The notes beneath the pieces are model-generated. The model did not search any database. It was given only the letters and a program-made list of their open reading frames with translations, and had not been told where the DNA came from. From NCBI GenBank assembly GCA_951406725.2, contig OX597823.1:31744001-31808000 (forward strand): DNA of 64,000 nt, written 5' to 3'. This document shows positions 11,946-25,585 of the stretch, piece by piece; position 1 is the stretch's first letter, and each line of letters opens with the position of its first letter. The position numbers and the translations under genes are program-made. This stretch comes from Octopus vulgaris. Lineage: Eukaryota.

Positions 11946-12048
11946 TATCATTATTATTACTGGTATTAAAGACACGACTGTACAACTATGTTCTGGCTTA
12001 ATCATTCTTTTTAAAATTAATATTAAGGATAAATTAATTCAAGAATAT

Positions 12049-12245
12049 CAACCCCATGATTCTGAGTTCGATTCCAGGCAGTGACCTGAATAACAACAAC
12101 AACATAGAAAAACACCTTAGAAATAAGAACCCAGGTTCGAAATTTCCCCCAAGACACCCGATGAAGACTGGAGGGTATATCAGCCAAAACGTTGTGTTAA
12201 CCACAAACAAGATGAGGACAAATATCCGTCAAATGTAAATAATGT
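12049..12245 (+). mobile_element. 5'-truncated HH family 1 copy with mutated hammerhead (12153-12198)
   Basis: B box GAGTTCGATTCC and core CCGATGA...AAAAC-GTT-GTGTT. A 13-bp direct repeat TAATATTAAGGAT lies at 12018-12030 and 12245-12257. Confidence 0.8.
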
Positions 12246-13485
12246 AATATTAAGGATTTTTCATATTTCAAGACGTTCTTAAATCCATTAACCAATAAAC
12301 ATCTCAAGACCGTCTCTACCTCTTTAACAGAATGAAGTGATGATAATGCCATTCGCAAAGGATCATATTGTTAATTGATAAAAGTTTTTTTTTTTAAATA
12401 TCGATCTGGTTTATCCCAAACATATAAACAATCTTTCTCTTAAATATCTGTTTATATTTTGTAAACTGAAATTGGGGACAACTGAAAAATTACCTATTCC
12501 ATATTTGGAATAAAAAAAGTTTAAACATGACGTCATACAATACAATTTCCGACGTTCGTTTTCACGCAGAAACAAATTCTAAATACTTGAAAATTAAGTG
12601 GATAGAAGAGGTACAGAAATGGTTTAATATAAACTCTATAATATATTCATCGTTTCCAAGCTGCGATAGGCACACAATATTGTCAGTCTGCATATTGCTC
12701 GCACATATATACACTATGGTCTCTGAATAAGTGTCATTTATATATACACACACACACTTAATGATATAGCACAAGCATTTAATCATTATAAAATCAATCA
12801 TTTGTGATTATTCAGCAAGAAATTGTGGGACACTCATCCGTCCTCTAACAACGGGAGAGTCCATAATAGTGTTGAATTACGAGTGTAAAAACACACACAC
12901 ATACGCACACACACACACACACACACACAAACAAACAAAGATAACGACGGTCCTTGTACAATTTCCGTCTGTCGAACACAAGTCATTGGCTGGTTCGGGG
13001 TTCTACGAGAAAACACTTGAGTAAGGTGCCGCGAAGCGGAACCGGAATTACGTAGATGAGAAGCGAATTCCTTAATCACGCAGCCATACCTGCACCCCTC
13101 TCTCTCTCTCTCTCTCTCTCTTTTTCTCACAGCCACTCCTGCGCCAATATATATAAATGCTGAAAGCTTAAGAAGTTCGATATTCACAACCACGAATTTC
13201 CGAGCTTGCTGCGTGTCAACCTTTATTTTGCGAATGAAACTAGACAAACGGTAACTGGCCATAACCCTGCGCTGTGCATCGTTCATGCTTAAATTCAAAA
13301 CGTACACCGTTCTCACCCACCCTGCTAATTGCACTAAAGGTGCATGCGACAGTGGATTGTTCACTCACTTATTACATTAACGACTCAGGTGTTCGAACAA
13401 CGAACTCGTCCTCGAGGGACAACGGACATTCCTCGTTACCACCAACATACCTAATGTATAAATACCAAAACAACTCTTGTCTACT

Positions 13486-13536
13486 AGCTTCCTGATGATT
13501 TCTTTTGAATGAAACAGTTCTAGTCCTGTAGAAGCT
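13486..13536 (+). ncRNA. Type I hammerhead ribozyme motif within a Penelope-like pseudo-LTR
   Basis: AGCTTC-CTGATGA-T-TTC-TTTT-GAA-T-GAAACAG-TTCTAGTC-CTGTA-GAAGCT gives a perfect 6-bp stem I, a 4-bp stem III and a GUA site after 13530. TATAAATA is at 13457-13464 and AATAAA at 13547-13556. Confidence 0.8.
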
Positions 13537-13641
13537 CCTTCTATATAATAAATAAAATATCTATCTAATATATAAATTCTAGGATACTATTGAAGAAACT
13601 AACCAATGGCATTCAACCCGGATATTAAACAAGACTGCACC

Positions 13642-13719
<78 letters not shown>

Positions 13720-13849
13720 CGTTAGCTGCCGGTACTTCGGAGATCCAAAATGGGCCCTACAACTACCTCGAATGTCTGATTAGAAAAGATGAGGCCCAAA
13801 AGCAACCTCATTCGATCTTACTAAATTATCTGAGGCCCTTATATATACA

Positions 13850-14063
13850 CGAAGGGGTGCTGAAAATTTCCTGGCTTTGAGCAAGAGAAAATACAGGAGG
13901 ATCAGTTAATTTATAATCTTATTCAACACATTTCCCTCTCAGATTCACGCCGCACTTACTGCAGCGGTTTTTCTAAACCCTGTAGAAGAACTCGGAAGGT
14001 TGGGCCTCCAACCAGACCTTTCGCGACTCCCTTTAAGCCAGGAACTTTTCAGCATCCCCCTCG
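13850..14063. mobile_element. Mariner-type MITE
   Basis: TIRs CGAAGGGGTGCTGAAAATTTCCTGGCTT / AAGCCAGGAACTTTTCAGCATCCCCCTCG. Confidence 0.8.
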
Positions 14064-16070
14064 TTTGTGTGCACTGAAACAGAGAGGGGCAAGGAGGAGA
14101 GTAAAGGTAACAGCATCCAGAAACAAACAAATGAACAAAACAACAAAGAAAGATAACCTAATGAGAAACAAAATAGAATAATTTTTAAAAGATTTTACTT
14201 TGTTAGAATATTATATCCAAAACATATTGTGATATTATTATATAGCATTGTGTAAAGAATGAGATATACATAGCAGTGTTGTATTAATATCATATTCTAT
14301 TGTCTGCTATTGTTCTATAAAGATGTATAAATTTGATAGTTCCTTTCTCGAAATATTATTACAACTACCAGGACGACAGTGACGACGACGACGACCACCA
14401 CCACCACCACCACAATGGCGATCCTCACCCTTTACTCCCCACCCTCACACTCTTACCATTTAGTTATATATCTGTATTTATATCTCAGGGTTTATATTTT
14501 TGATGTAAGTTCCGTGTCTCATCGCATTCTTCGCAGAGACCCAAGCACGCACATGCACACACACACACACACACACACAAGCGCGAACATTCCATCTCAA
14601 AGACAGCGTGTTTGGAACTAACATTGGTCTCTTGAATATTGTGTTTGTGTGTATGACTGGCTTGAAATAGGAACTACACCGCCACCTTAAAGGTCACAGT
14701 GGGTAAAGTAGCCGACTAGACTCACAACACTCACAAAACGATAAGACCACTCTTGGAGCAACTTTGATTTTAAAAAAACATACATATAAACACATACATA
14801 ACGTTAAAACCATTTGATACCAATTCGCCTACAGACTTCCTATTTAGACCTATTTAAATTAAAACTTTCCATCAAAATTCCATGCTAATTTATATTCCAA
14901 ACACTAGATTGACAATGACAAAAGCTATTTTACAAAATTTTGCCTCATTAATTTCACAATAATTCGGAAGAAAGGCAGTTTATTTCAACCGAAATATGAG
15001 TAGAAAAGGATTAATAAAATAAGCGAAAGTCACAAATATATGTTTCTCTGCAATGGGTGTTTGTCAAACAATAAACAAAACAAATTCTTTTTACGTATAG
15101 GCTTCTCAAGAGCAATGAAGAAAAATGAAAAGGAAGACTCGCAACAAAAGTAGTTTGAACAGGAATATTGGAAGAGTTTACTTAGTAAAACAACAAATAA
15201 ATTGTATGCAATTTTCACATGCAAACTTCAGCAATGCTTGTTCTTTAAAGATTAAACTGAATTCTCTTCAGGCAGATAATAAAGTTGCTTCTTTTTCTAT
15301 TTTCTCAATTTTCCATTTGGTGAAAATAGTTTTCAAAAAAATTAAGTAAATGGTATTGAAAAACGATATTAAATATATATAATTTTAATGAAGTTTTAAT
15401 GGTTATTGTTAAACCGTTAAAATGATTTTTTTACGGTGACTAGAAGTTAATTTGGCGTGACTGGCGGGTATATGTGTGTGCCTTGGCACACGCTTAGCAT
15501 GTAAATGCATATATAATATACAAATTCATTCAGAGAAAAGCGTGTTGCGTGAAATCCATATACATGTATGAGAATCACTATACGTAAGCACCAAACGTTT
15601 TATGTGTGAACATTGAAGAGTGTGGTCGACACGCAATATTAGATTCTAGTCTAGATAGTGGAGCTGAGAGAGAGAGAGAGAGAGCTCTAGCAAAAGTTTA
15701 AAGTGTGGATTTTGCGGTCAATTATGGCAACAGTATAAATACAGATGCACATACGCATGGGTTACCCTTATAACCCCTATCTTACTTTGTACTATATATA
15801 AATATATACACAGACAAAGTGCAACCGTCAATTGTAAGCAAGTATAACCAAGACTTGTTTAAAGGTGTCAGCCACACGCACGCATAGGTAGTCTTTAAAC
15901 GTTCCTATTGTGGTGCAGCGGAGATGGGTGAAGAGAGCCGCACAGGCACTTCATAGGAACTCATTTACAGCTGCATAGAACGAAACAAGATGAAATGAAG
16001 GACTTTACTCAACGCGCAGCCCGGTCCAGAGATCGAACCCATAAACCTAAGATCATGACATGCCCAACAT

Positions 16071-16131
<61 letters not shown>

Positions 16132-16336
16132 TTTTCTACTCTAGGTACAAGGCCTGAAATTTTGGGTGAGAAGGAAGTTGATTAGATTGATCCCAGTACG
16201 CAACTGGTACTTAATTTATTGTCCCCAAAAGGATGAAAAGCAAAGTCGACCTCGGCGGGATTTCAACTCAGAACGTAAAGACAGACGAAATACCGCTAAG
16301 CATTACGCCCGGCGCGCTAACGTTTCTGGCAGCTCG

Positions 16337-16338
<2 letters not shown>
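16132..16338 (-). mobile_element. tRNA-derived SINE family B
   Basis: Reverse complement of GGCGAGCTGGCAGAAACGTTAGC...GAGGTCGACTTTGCCTTTCATCC. The central block resembles the Meta-SINE domain, from memory and not verified. Confidence 0.85.
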
Positions 16339-16380
<42 letters not shown>

Positions 16381-17000
16381 CGTCGGATACAGTACAATGT
16401 GGTAATCGCCCTGCCTTTTTACGTTCAAATTTCGGCGGGGACAACTCTGCCTTTCATCCTTTCGGGATCGATAAGCAAAATACAAGTGCTGCACTGGAGT
16501 CGTTCCTTGTTTTTCCACGCCTCAATCTTACAGGAAGAAACCAGCTGTCATAAGATCGAGACCGATAAGAGCTCTCTTACATCTCTTCCCACTCGGTTCC
16601 AAAATGTGAAGGATACGCAGGATGTCACGGCAGCGTCTTCACCATCACCGCCGACTCTAATCAACGAGATGGCCACACAAGGCGTGACAAAGTGTAAATG
16701 ACGGCAGCAGAGTCAGCCATTTACACGTCAATTATCGATGACCAAGATCTTTCAGTTCATAATCGAACACAGAGTTCATTGACGAATTCATGTATGTATG
16801 TATGCATACACACACATATACACACACATATATATATATTTATACATCCACATAATGTATGCATATATTTATCCCTATACATATGTATACATATGTGTGT
16901 GTAAGCAAGCATATATATATATATATATATATACATCCACATAATGAATGCATATATTTATCCCTATACATATGTATACATACGTGTGTGTAAGCAAGCC

Positions 17001-17047
<47 letters not shown>

Positions 17048-17462
17048 CATGCGTATAGATGCATGTGTATATGTGTGTGTACGCTGCAATTTTCCCGCCC
17101 CAAGGGAATTTCTGCACAACTTTATTACGCGCTATTATTATTCACACATAGCTTATATACACTTGCATCGTTTGAGCAACTTCGTAAAAATGATTTCGAG
17201 ATTTCTCAATGCTTTCAAAATAAAGAGCCACTCCCCCTCCACACACACACACATACAGATGTCTATTTCTATGTCGTACGCGTGTTACAGTACACTCTAC
17301 GCTAATTCACGTGCAAACTGCAATCACACAGCTGTGTACCTGAACAGCTACACACACACAAGTCAGTAAGTGCATACTATAGATGCAGACACAGGTGTAA
17401 GTGCATATCACTCGCGCGCGCGCGCAATTATGAGCACATTACAATAGCTAAGTTAGTATATG

Positions 17463-17507
<45 letters not shown>

Positions 17508-17660
17508 AACACACATACACAGAAACAGCCGATACGACCACAATCAAACAAGATGACAAAAGACGCATGCATACACGTACGCGCATGTAAGCGCACGAGC
17601 ACATCAAGTTAATACTGCAGTAGTAGTAGTAGAGATGTAACGTTATTACGAGTAGCAGTA

Positions 17661-17879
17661 TGGCGGCGAGCTGGCAGAATCGTTAGCACGCCGGGCGAAA
17701 TGCTTAGCGGTGTTTTGTCTGTCTTTTTACGTTCTGAGTTCAAATTCCGCCGAGGCCGACTTTGCCTTTCACCTTTACTGGGTCGATAAATTAAGTACCA
17801 GTTGTGTACTGGGGTCGATCTAATCGACTGGCGCTCCCTCTCCCAAAATGTCGGGCTTTGTGCCTGGAGTTGAAAAGAG
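17661..17879 (+). mobile_element. tRNA-derived SINE family B, full length
   Basis: GGCGGCGAGCTGGCAGAATCGTTAGC head, GAGTTCAAATTCC B box and ...GTGCCTGGAGTTGAAAAGA tail. Confidence 0.9.
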
Positions 17880-17906
17880 TATTGGCTGTAGTGTAGTGTA
17901 ATTGCT

Positions 17907-17941
<35 letters not shown>

Positions 17942-18399
17942 TAATGATTATAACAGTAGTGGCAGTGGTAGTGGTTGGTGGTAGTAGTACTAGTTGTTGT
18001 AGTGCCTGTAACAATAACAATAAAGGTAGTAGAGTTGTTGTTGTTGCGGTGGTAGTTGGCAGTGAAGGTGGTGGTGGTGGTAGTGGTAGTAACGGCAGTA
18101 GTAATGAAAGTGATTGTAATGACAGTGTTGGTGGTCGGAATTATAGTACAGGTGTTAGCAGTGGTGGTGGATTTTGAAGTAATAGTATAGGCGTTGGTGA
18201 TTGTGGTGGTAACAACAACACAAATAGCGTAGCTTGCCAAAAGACAACACAAACACATTCATGCACAACAGAGAACAGATGCATACAACAATACACACAC
18301 ACACACGCAATACGCGCACACACGTACACAAAATGCACAGATGCACACACAATACACAGATATATAACCACACAATAAGTGCGCGCGCGCGCAACGCTG

Positions 18400-19000
18400 G
18401 TGTCAGCGAGTACAAACTGACAAGAATTTTACTTCTGAAAACTGTCTTTTCTTTTAACAAATGATGACGACGGTGATGCTGGTGGCGGCGGCGGCGGTTG
18501 CTGCTGCGAGAAAGTGCAAGGAACTCAAGCTGCACAGCAGTAACAACAACAACAACGGCAGCAGCAGCAGCAGCGGTGAAACGGTCGCGAAACCGAACTA
18601 AACACAGCAGATTAGAAAGAGAGAGAGAGAGATGAGAGCGAGAGGGGAGGAGGAGAGAGAGAGAGATAAAGAATGGTGGTGGTGAGAGAAAGGGGAGGAG
18701 GGAAATTCGGTTGTGTCAATCGGTGCAAAAGACAAAACGCGCCTTCAGCAGAAAAGTTTCAACGTGAAAATACATAGCAGTGGCTTCGCGTAAGATCTAT
18801 CGTGCAAGCGCGAAGAATTGATGAGGTGCTTGTTGTAGTTTTTTGTTTATAGTATGATAGTGATGGAAGTGGGGCGACGGGGGCGACGGCGGCGGTGGCG
18901 TAGTATGTTCTATAGTGCAGTGGCGTTGGGGATGGCGGAGGCGAGGGTGGTGGTGGTGGTGGTGGTGTTCCTGCTGCTGCTGCTGCTGTGTAGCGTTGTA
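18400..19000. promoter_or_regulatory. CpG-retaining, GC-rich promoter/5'UTR-like island
   Basis: Non-repeat, CpG-rich sequence with (GGC)n, (CAG)n and (GA)n tracts, and an Inr-like TTAGTT on the minus strand near 18600. The function is inferred only. Confidence 0.35.
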
Positions 19001-19431
19001 TATAGTAAGAACGATGCGTTACTGTTGTAGTATGCGATGTGGTGGCAACGTGTAAGTAAAGGCGGTAGTGCGTAAATTTAGTGATGGTGCTTGTATACAA
19101 TAGAACGGTGTGTGTGTGTGTGCTACGTTGTGTGGCGTAGAGCTTGTACACTGGAGTGGTAGAGTGCACAGACGTGTAGTACATAGTGCAGTGGTGTAGA
19201 TTGGGGGGGTGTAGCTAAGATGCAAGCTGGTACGTGAGAGAGAAGGGGGAAGTGGTGGAGATTGATGGCAATGAATAAGATGCATATAACAAAAATTAAT
19301 AAACACACACACACACACACACACATATAACCACAGACATATGCAAACAATAGATACATCTACACACACATGCATATATGTATGTGTGTACATTTACATA
19401 CACATCCACACACGAGCATAAATATATACAT

Positions 19432-19790
19432 AGGAGTGGCTATGTGGTAGGTAGCTTGCTTCCCAACTACATGGTTCCGGGTTCAGTCCCACTGTGTGGC
19501 ACCTTGGGCAAGTGTCTTCTACTATAGCCTTGGGGCCGACCAAAGCCTTGTGAGTGCATTTGGTAGACGGAAACTGAAAGAAGCCCGTCATTTATATATA
19601 TAAATGTGTGTGTCTGTGTCCAACATTGCTTGACAACCGATGCTGGTGTGTTTACGTCAAATAACGTAGCGGTTCGGCAAAAGAGACCGATAGAACAAGT
19701 ACTAGGCTTACAAATAATAAGTCCTGGGGTCGATTTGTACGGCTAAAGGCGGTGCCCCAGCATGGCCGCAGTCAAATGACTGGAACAAAT
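19432..19790 (+). mobile_element. tRNA-derived SINE family A, near full length
   Basis: Complete family-A layout. Confidence 0.9.
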
Positions 19791-19794
19791 AAAA

Positions 19795-19847
19795 TATATA
19801 TATATAAACATTATACATCTACACACACACACACACACATACATATG

Positions 19848-19886
<39 letters not shown>

Positions 19887-19961
19887 ATGTATATATATAT
19901 ACATGTATATATACATATATATATATACATGTATATATATATACATATATATATATATATG

Positions 19962-19993
<32 letters not shown>

Positions 19994-20148
19994 CATATAT
20001 ACACATATATATACATATATATATATACATATATACACATATACATATATACACACATACATATGTACACACATATATATATATACACATATATATACAT
20101 ATATATATATATATATACATATATATACATATATATATATATATGTGA

Positions 20149-20179
<31 letters not shown>

Positions 20180-20275
20180 CATATATACACACAAAGCATA
20201 CACACGCATATATATGCATACACACACACACACATCCACATATATACATATACCTACAAACACACACACACCACA
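19795..20275. repeat. (TA)n/(CA)n low-complexity tract
   Basis: Read directly from the sequence. Confidence 0.95.
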
Positions 20276-21483
20276 TGCAAGCATCTATCTACGTGTGTAC
20301 GTACATGTACAATTTACACAAATTATAGACACAAATAAAGAAACGAGCTGATATCTACGAACATCTGATAGATAAAATTATCTACATACTCCACACACAC
20401 ACACACTGCACGTACACACACACACGTGTGAGTATGTATGTGTGTGTGTGTGTGTTGCAGATATTGAACGTGTCAGCAGAATGTAGTGCAGCTCATTGAT
20501 CAAGTGCAGGGGAGTCTTAAAAGCTATTGATGTATGTACTAAGCAGGCATGCAGGCAGAGGTAGATAGATAGAGAGATAGATTGAACTAGGGAGAGAGAG
20601 AGGGGGGGAGAGGGAAACGGAGAGAGAACAAGCGATAGACAATAAGCGAGAGAGAGAGAGAGACAGCATGGTGTAAAAGGCGGTAGCAGAGCTGAGTAAA
20701 TCAGGCAGAGAGGGGTAGTGGGAGGAAGGGCAGCAGCAGATGATGGAATCGAAAGATGCACCGAATGACTTGCACAGTTTTTATTACTATTATTTGTGTG
20801 TGCGCGTTCGTTGTTTTTTTATTTATTTATTTATTTTATTTTTTTCCCCTCATTTTATTTATTTATTTATTTATTTTCTTCATTTCTGCGTTGCTTCCTA
20901 TTCTCTCTCTCTCTCTCTTCTTTCTTTCTCTCTCTCTCTCTCAGCCACTCGCCAACCCCGCCAACTTCATTCACCGAATTCGACGCCGCTCAGATGCACT
21001 CGGTGCACCAGGAATTTTTGCAAGAAGCACATGGCAGCAGTCATTCATAATCTTATGTACCAGTTGCAAAAAAAAAAGAAAAAACAAAAAACAAAAGGAA
21101 AAACAAAAGAAAAGCGAAAAATAGGTGGATGGAAGAAGAGGAAGGGAGCGCGAGAATAATAATAAAATACCAAAAAAAAAAAAAAAAAAGAAAGAGGGTG
21201 GGAGGGAGGGGTTTATGGTTAAGGTGTTCGCGATGGCGGTGGCGGGGTTAATAATGGAAAGGAGTTTGAGAAAAGAAAATAGGAGAGGAGAGGAGATATG
21301 CCACCATCGACCAGTGATACGCGTTTATGTGTAAAATTCAAGGCAATTATAATAGACAATGCATGCACTTGACCAATATATATATATATATATATATATA
21401 CGTACACACACACACACCTGGGCTATTCCCCAGAATTGCTGCCCCCTCGGGCGGTTGGTGTATGTGTGTGTGTGTGTACATAT

Positions 21484-21556
<73 letters not shown>

Positions 21557-21647
21557 TACAAAAGCACTTACGCATACCTGCACTTTACATGCGTGTGAGC
21601 ACGTGTACAAAAGTTTATAGATGTAAATATATATATATAGATAGATG

Positions 21648-21697
<50 letters not shown>

Positions 21698-21706
21698 CAC
21701 ACAAAG

Positions 21707-21746
<40 letters not shown>

Positions 21747-21811
21747 GTTCAAATAAAGGTTACAAACCCCAACAAGGGATAATAAACCCAATGAAAATAC
21801 TGGTTAGTGTT

Positions 21812-21849
<38 letters not shown>

Positions 21850-21876
21850 GCCTGTTTGGAATTCTAGATAAACAGT

Positions 21877-22061
21877 TTTCCAGCATATCACATTTTGGCC
21901 ATCGTTTCCCTTTCCAATTGGTCCCATGTCATCTTTGTCATCAAGGTCCCTGCCTTTCATTTCCCTTCTCGGTTCCACTCCAAGAATGACATTTTGGTAA
22001 GCACCTGGCCACTGGTTCCTCTTATCGTATGAGGTAAACCAATCTCCAATATATGCACCAA

Positions 22062-22093
<32 letters not shown>

Positions 22094-22429
22094 CATATAC
22101 ACACACATGTACACATACGTACGAAAAGGGAAAAGAGAGACCTAGACGTCACGCATATCTGTTAGTCAGAGTGAGATCTCAGTTAAAACCCAAGAAGACA
22201 TTGGTGAGCTAAAATTATTTGTTGTAGGTGAGATTGGTTTACCTCATACGATAAGAGGAACCAGTGGCCAGGTGCTTACCAAAAAGTCATTCTTGGAGTG
22301 GAACCGAGAAGGGAAATGAAAGGCAGGGACCTTGATAACCATCACCTGGTAGGGAAATCTCGAAGACAACAAAGATGACATGGGACCAATTGGAAAGAGA
22401 AACGATGGCCAAAATGTGATATGCAGGAA

Positions 22430-22430
<1 letters not shown>
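21877..22430. repeat. Long inverted repeat (arms 21877-22046 and 22230-22430)
   Basis: The arms are near-identical reverse complements, and the left arm lacks about 30 bp present in the right arm. Confidence 0.9.
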
Positions 22431-22460
<30 letters not shown>

Positions 22461-22817
22461 AATATTTATATACATATTTTTGTTTCTGTAGTTTCAGCTC
22501 AGAGCTGTGGCCATGCAGGAGCACCGCCGTTTTGCTACACTGTTATTACTGCGATCCTCTTCTAATATGTGGCGCTTGGTGAAGAATGGAGTTTGATGTA
22601 GCTACCCTCATTTGCACCTCTTGCCGTGAGGTAGGTTCGTCTGGGACCCAGGACAGGAAAGGATGCAGCCTTGATTTAAAAACGCGTACATCTACTTTGT
22701 GCAGGTTCCTCGGGGTCTTTGAGAAAATATTTAAAAGCTGTGCGCCCCTGAAATATATATATATATACATACATACATGCATATATATATACACATATAT
22801 ATGAATATAAATATACA

Positions 22818-22848
<31 letters not shown>

Positions 22849-23122
22849 TTTTTTCTTTTTGAATATATATGTCTATGTATAAATAGAGGGTATAATCACC
22901 GAAATGATTGTATCAGTGGCTAGCATATAAAAAAAACCCAGCATATCGGTAAAATTAATTTTTAAGTATGTAATTCTAAAAATATAAGTGTAATTAAGAG
23001 TGCTGGGGTGCCAACGCCTATACGCTTGAAGTAGATATCAGTCACCTCTATATATTATACACATGAATACATATATAAATATATATCTGTCAAAAAATTA
23101 CATAAATATATGAATATTTATT

Positions 23123-23200
<78 letters not shown>

Positions 23201-23280
23201 TATAAAAGAATATATGATTATATATTTATACATCAATATATATACACATATATCAATTATATGTATATATGCAATCTATA

Positions 23281-23438
23281 GGTGCATGCGTGGCTGTGTT
23301 AGAAGAAGCATGCACCTAACCACTTGGTTTTTGGTTCAGATCCACTGCGTGGCATCTTGGGCAAGTGTCTACTAACATAGATGCGGGCTGACCAAAGCCT
23401 TGAATGGTTCTGGTAGACGGAAACTGAAAGAAGCCCGT

Positions 23439-23494
<56 letters not shown>

Positions 23495-23655
23495 GTCCCC
23501 TTAACTTGGCGGTTCAAAGTAGGAGACCGATAGAATAAGTACTAGGCTTACAAAAAATAACCCCTGGGGTCGATTTCTTCGACTAAAAACTCTTTAAGGC
23601 GGTACTCTAGCATCACTGCAGTCAAATGACTGAAACAAGTAAAAGAATAAAAGAA
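23281..23655 (+). mobile_element. tRNA-derived SINE family A
   Basis: Family-A layout with an internal (TA)n tract. Confidence 0.88.
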
Positions 23656-23679
23656 AGAATAGTTATAAATATATATATA

Positions 23680-23875
23680 TGATAGACCGTTAGCTCCTAC
23701 ACGCATTTTTTTCTCTCCTTGTTTCTTTTCTGTGTATCTTTTTTCTGTCAAAGAGCGTAGGCTCGAAACGTAAAACACTTGTTCTATTTCTATTCCTATT
23801 CCTGAGCGCCATACTAATACATTTGTTTGTTTGTACTCCACCTGGCTTCGTCTTTTGTTTTCGTAAACCTTCCCG

Positions 23876-23878
<3 letters not shown>
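23680..23878 (+). mobile_element. HH family 2 copy embedded in (TA)n, variant hammerhead at 23741-23776
   Basis: TTT-CTGTCAA-A-GAGC-GTAG-GCTC-GAAAC-GTA-AAA, homologous to 945-1105. Confidence 0.6.
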
Positions 23879-23941
<63 letters not shown>

Positions 23942-23967
23942 GTATATGTATACATATATACACACAA

Positions 23968-24018
<51 letters not shown>

Positions 24019-24119
24019 AGAGGGAAAGAGGCAGACATCAACTATCCTTTCCCCTGTATGTACACATATATGCGTGTGTATACAGACACACTCTATATAC
24101 ATAGAGACAGACAGCGCGC

Positions 24120-24193
<74 letters not shown>

Positions 24194-24553
24194 GTGGGGG
24201 GGGGGGTTGTAAACGTGACACAAAGGAGTATTCGATTCTTCAAGCTGAAACAAAAATAGCAATTAACGAAGCAACAATGACACCACCCCCACCACACATC
24301 ATCACCATCATCATCATCATCGTTGACACCAACTATATAACAGCCAATAGCTCCATCCAGTACAACACCTAATTAAATAATAAACACTTCTGGAAAATCG
24401 GTGTGCTTGGAGTGGAGGGGCGGGGCGGGAGAAGGTAGAGCAAAAAACAGAGTTGGTGGCGAGGAGGGCGAATTCACACACACACACAGAGTGGGTCGAG
24501 GAGTAGGATGTATGTGAAATAACACGTGTCATAAATAAAAACGTGTGCGCATG

Positions 24554-24595
<42 letters not shown>

Positions 24596-24692
24596 TAGAT
24601 AGATGATAGATAGATAGATAGATATATACACACACCTATACATCAACAGTATGCATATATTTGGGTTTCTACATATACGCATGTACATATGC

Positions 24693-24733
<41 letters not shown>

Positions 24734-25004
24734 TATATATATATACACACACATATGCATATATACAGACACACACCTATGCGAATAGATCAACTGTGCA
24801 TATGACTGTGTATGAGTTAGTATGTGTGTGTATTTATATATATATGTATTTATATATATATATGTATTTATATATATATATGTATATAAATAATAAATAA
24901 AACATGCATATATACATATATATATGTACATACTTACATCTATATGTATATATACATGCATATATATGAGTACAAATAAACGTAGAACACAACGAGAAAC
25001 GAAA

Positions 25005-25075
<71 letters not shown>

Positions 25076-25137
25076 GTGAGTGTAGTAACTACCAAAATCG
25101 ACGGTGACATATTCTGCCTTTTCAATAACTTAAAAAG

Positions 25138-25304
25138 TACCTATTTTAACGTGTATAAGGAACCCCTTTTTGTCAAAAATTAGGTTTAAAAAATATGGGA
25201 GTTTCTTATACATGGATAGTACTATAATACCTTACAAAACCTTTTTTCCAAATTTTAAGCCCCCCCCAAATTAAGGGCTTCCTTTATACACGTTAAAATA
25301 TGGC
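25138..25304. mobile_element. Tc1/pogo-like MITE
   Basis: Inverted termini TATTTTAACGTGTATAAGGAA / TTCCTTTATACACGTTAAAATA. Confidence 0.75.
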
Positions 25305-25407
25305 AAAAACGATCCGTCAGTGTTTCAATGAAGTAAGAGACATTTTGAAAGTATCTTAGCGGTAACAGCTTTCGATGTCAAGGCAACGCAAAAAGAGAGA
25401 AGCAGAT

Positions 25408-25502
<95 letters not shown>

Positions 25503-25585
25503 CATACATACACACCGCCACCACTAATTTTAATATGAATATTCTCACTGCCTACATTTTAAACTGGTCCGCTACATAGACCATG

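Noticed and set aside
22545-22750. GC-rich segment considered as an exon or ribozyme
   Set aside because: No splice-bounded recognisable peptide and no complete ribozyme fold. It is more likely a retroelement UTR fragment.
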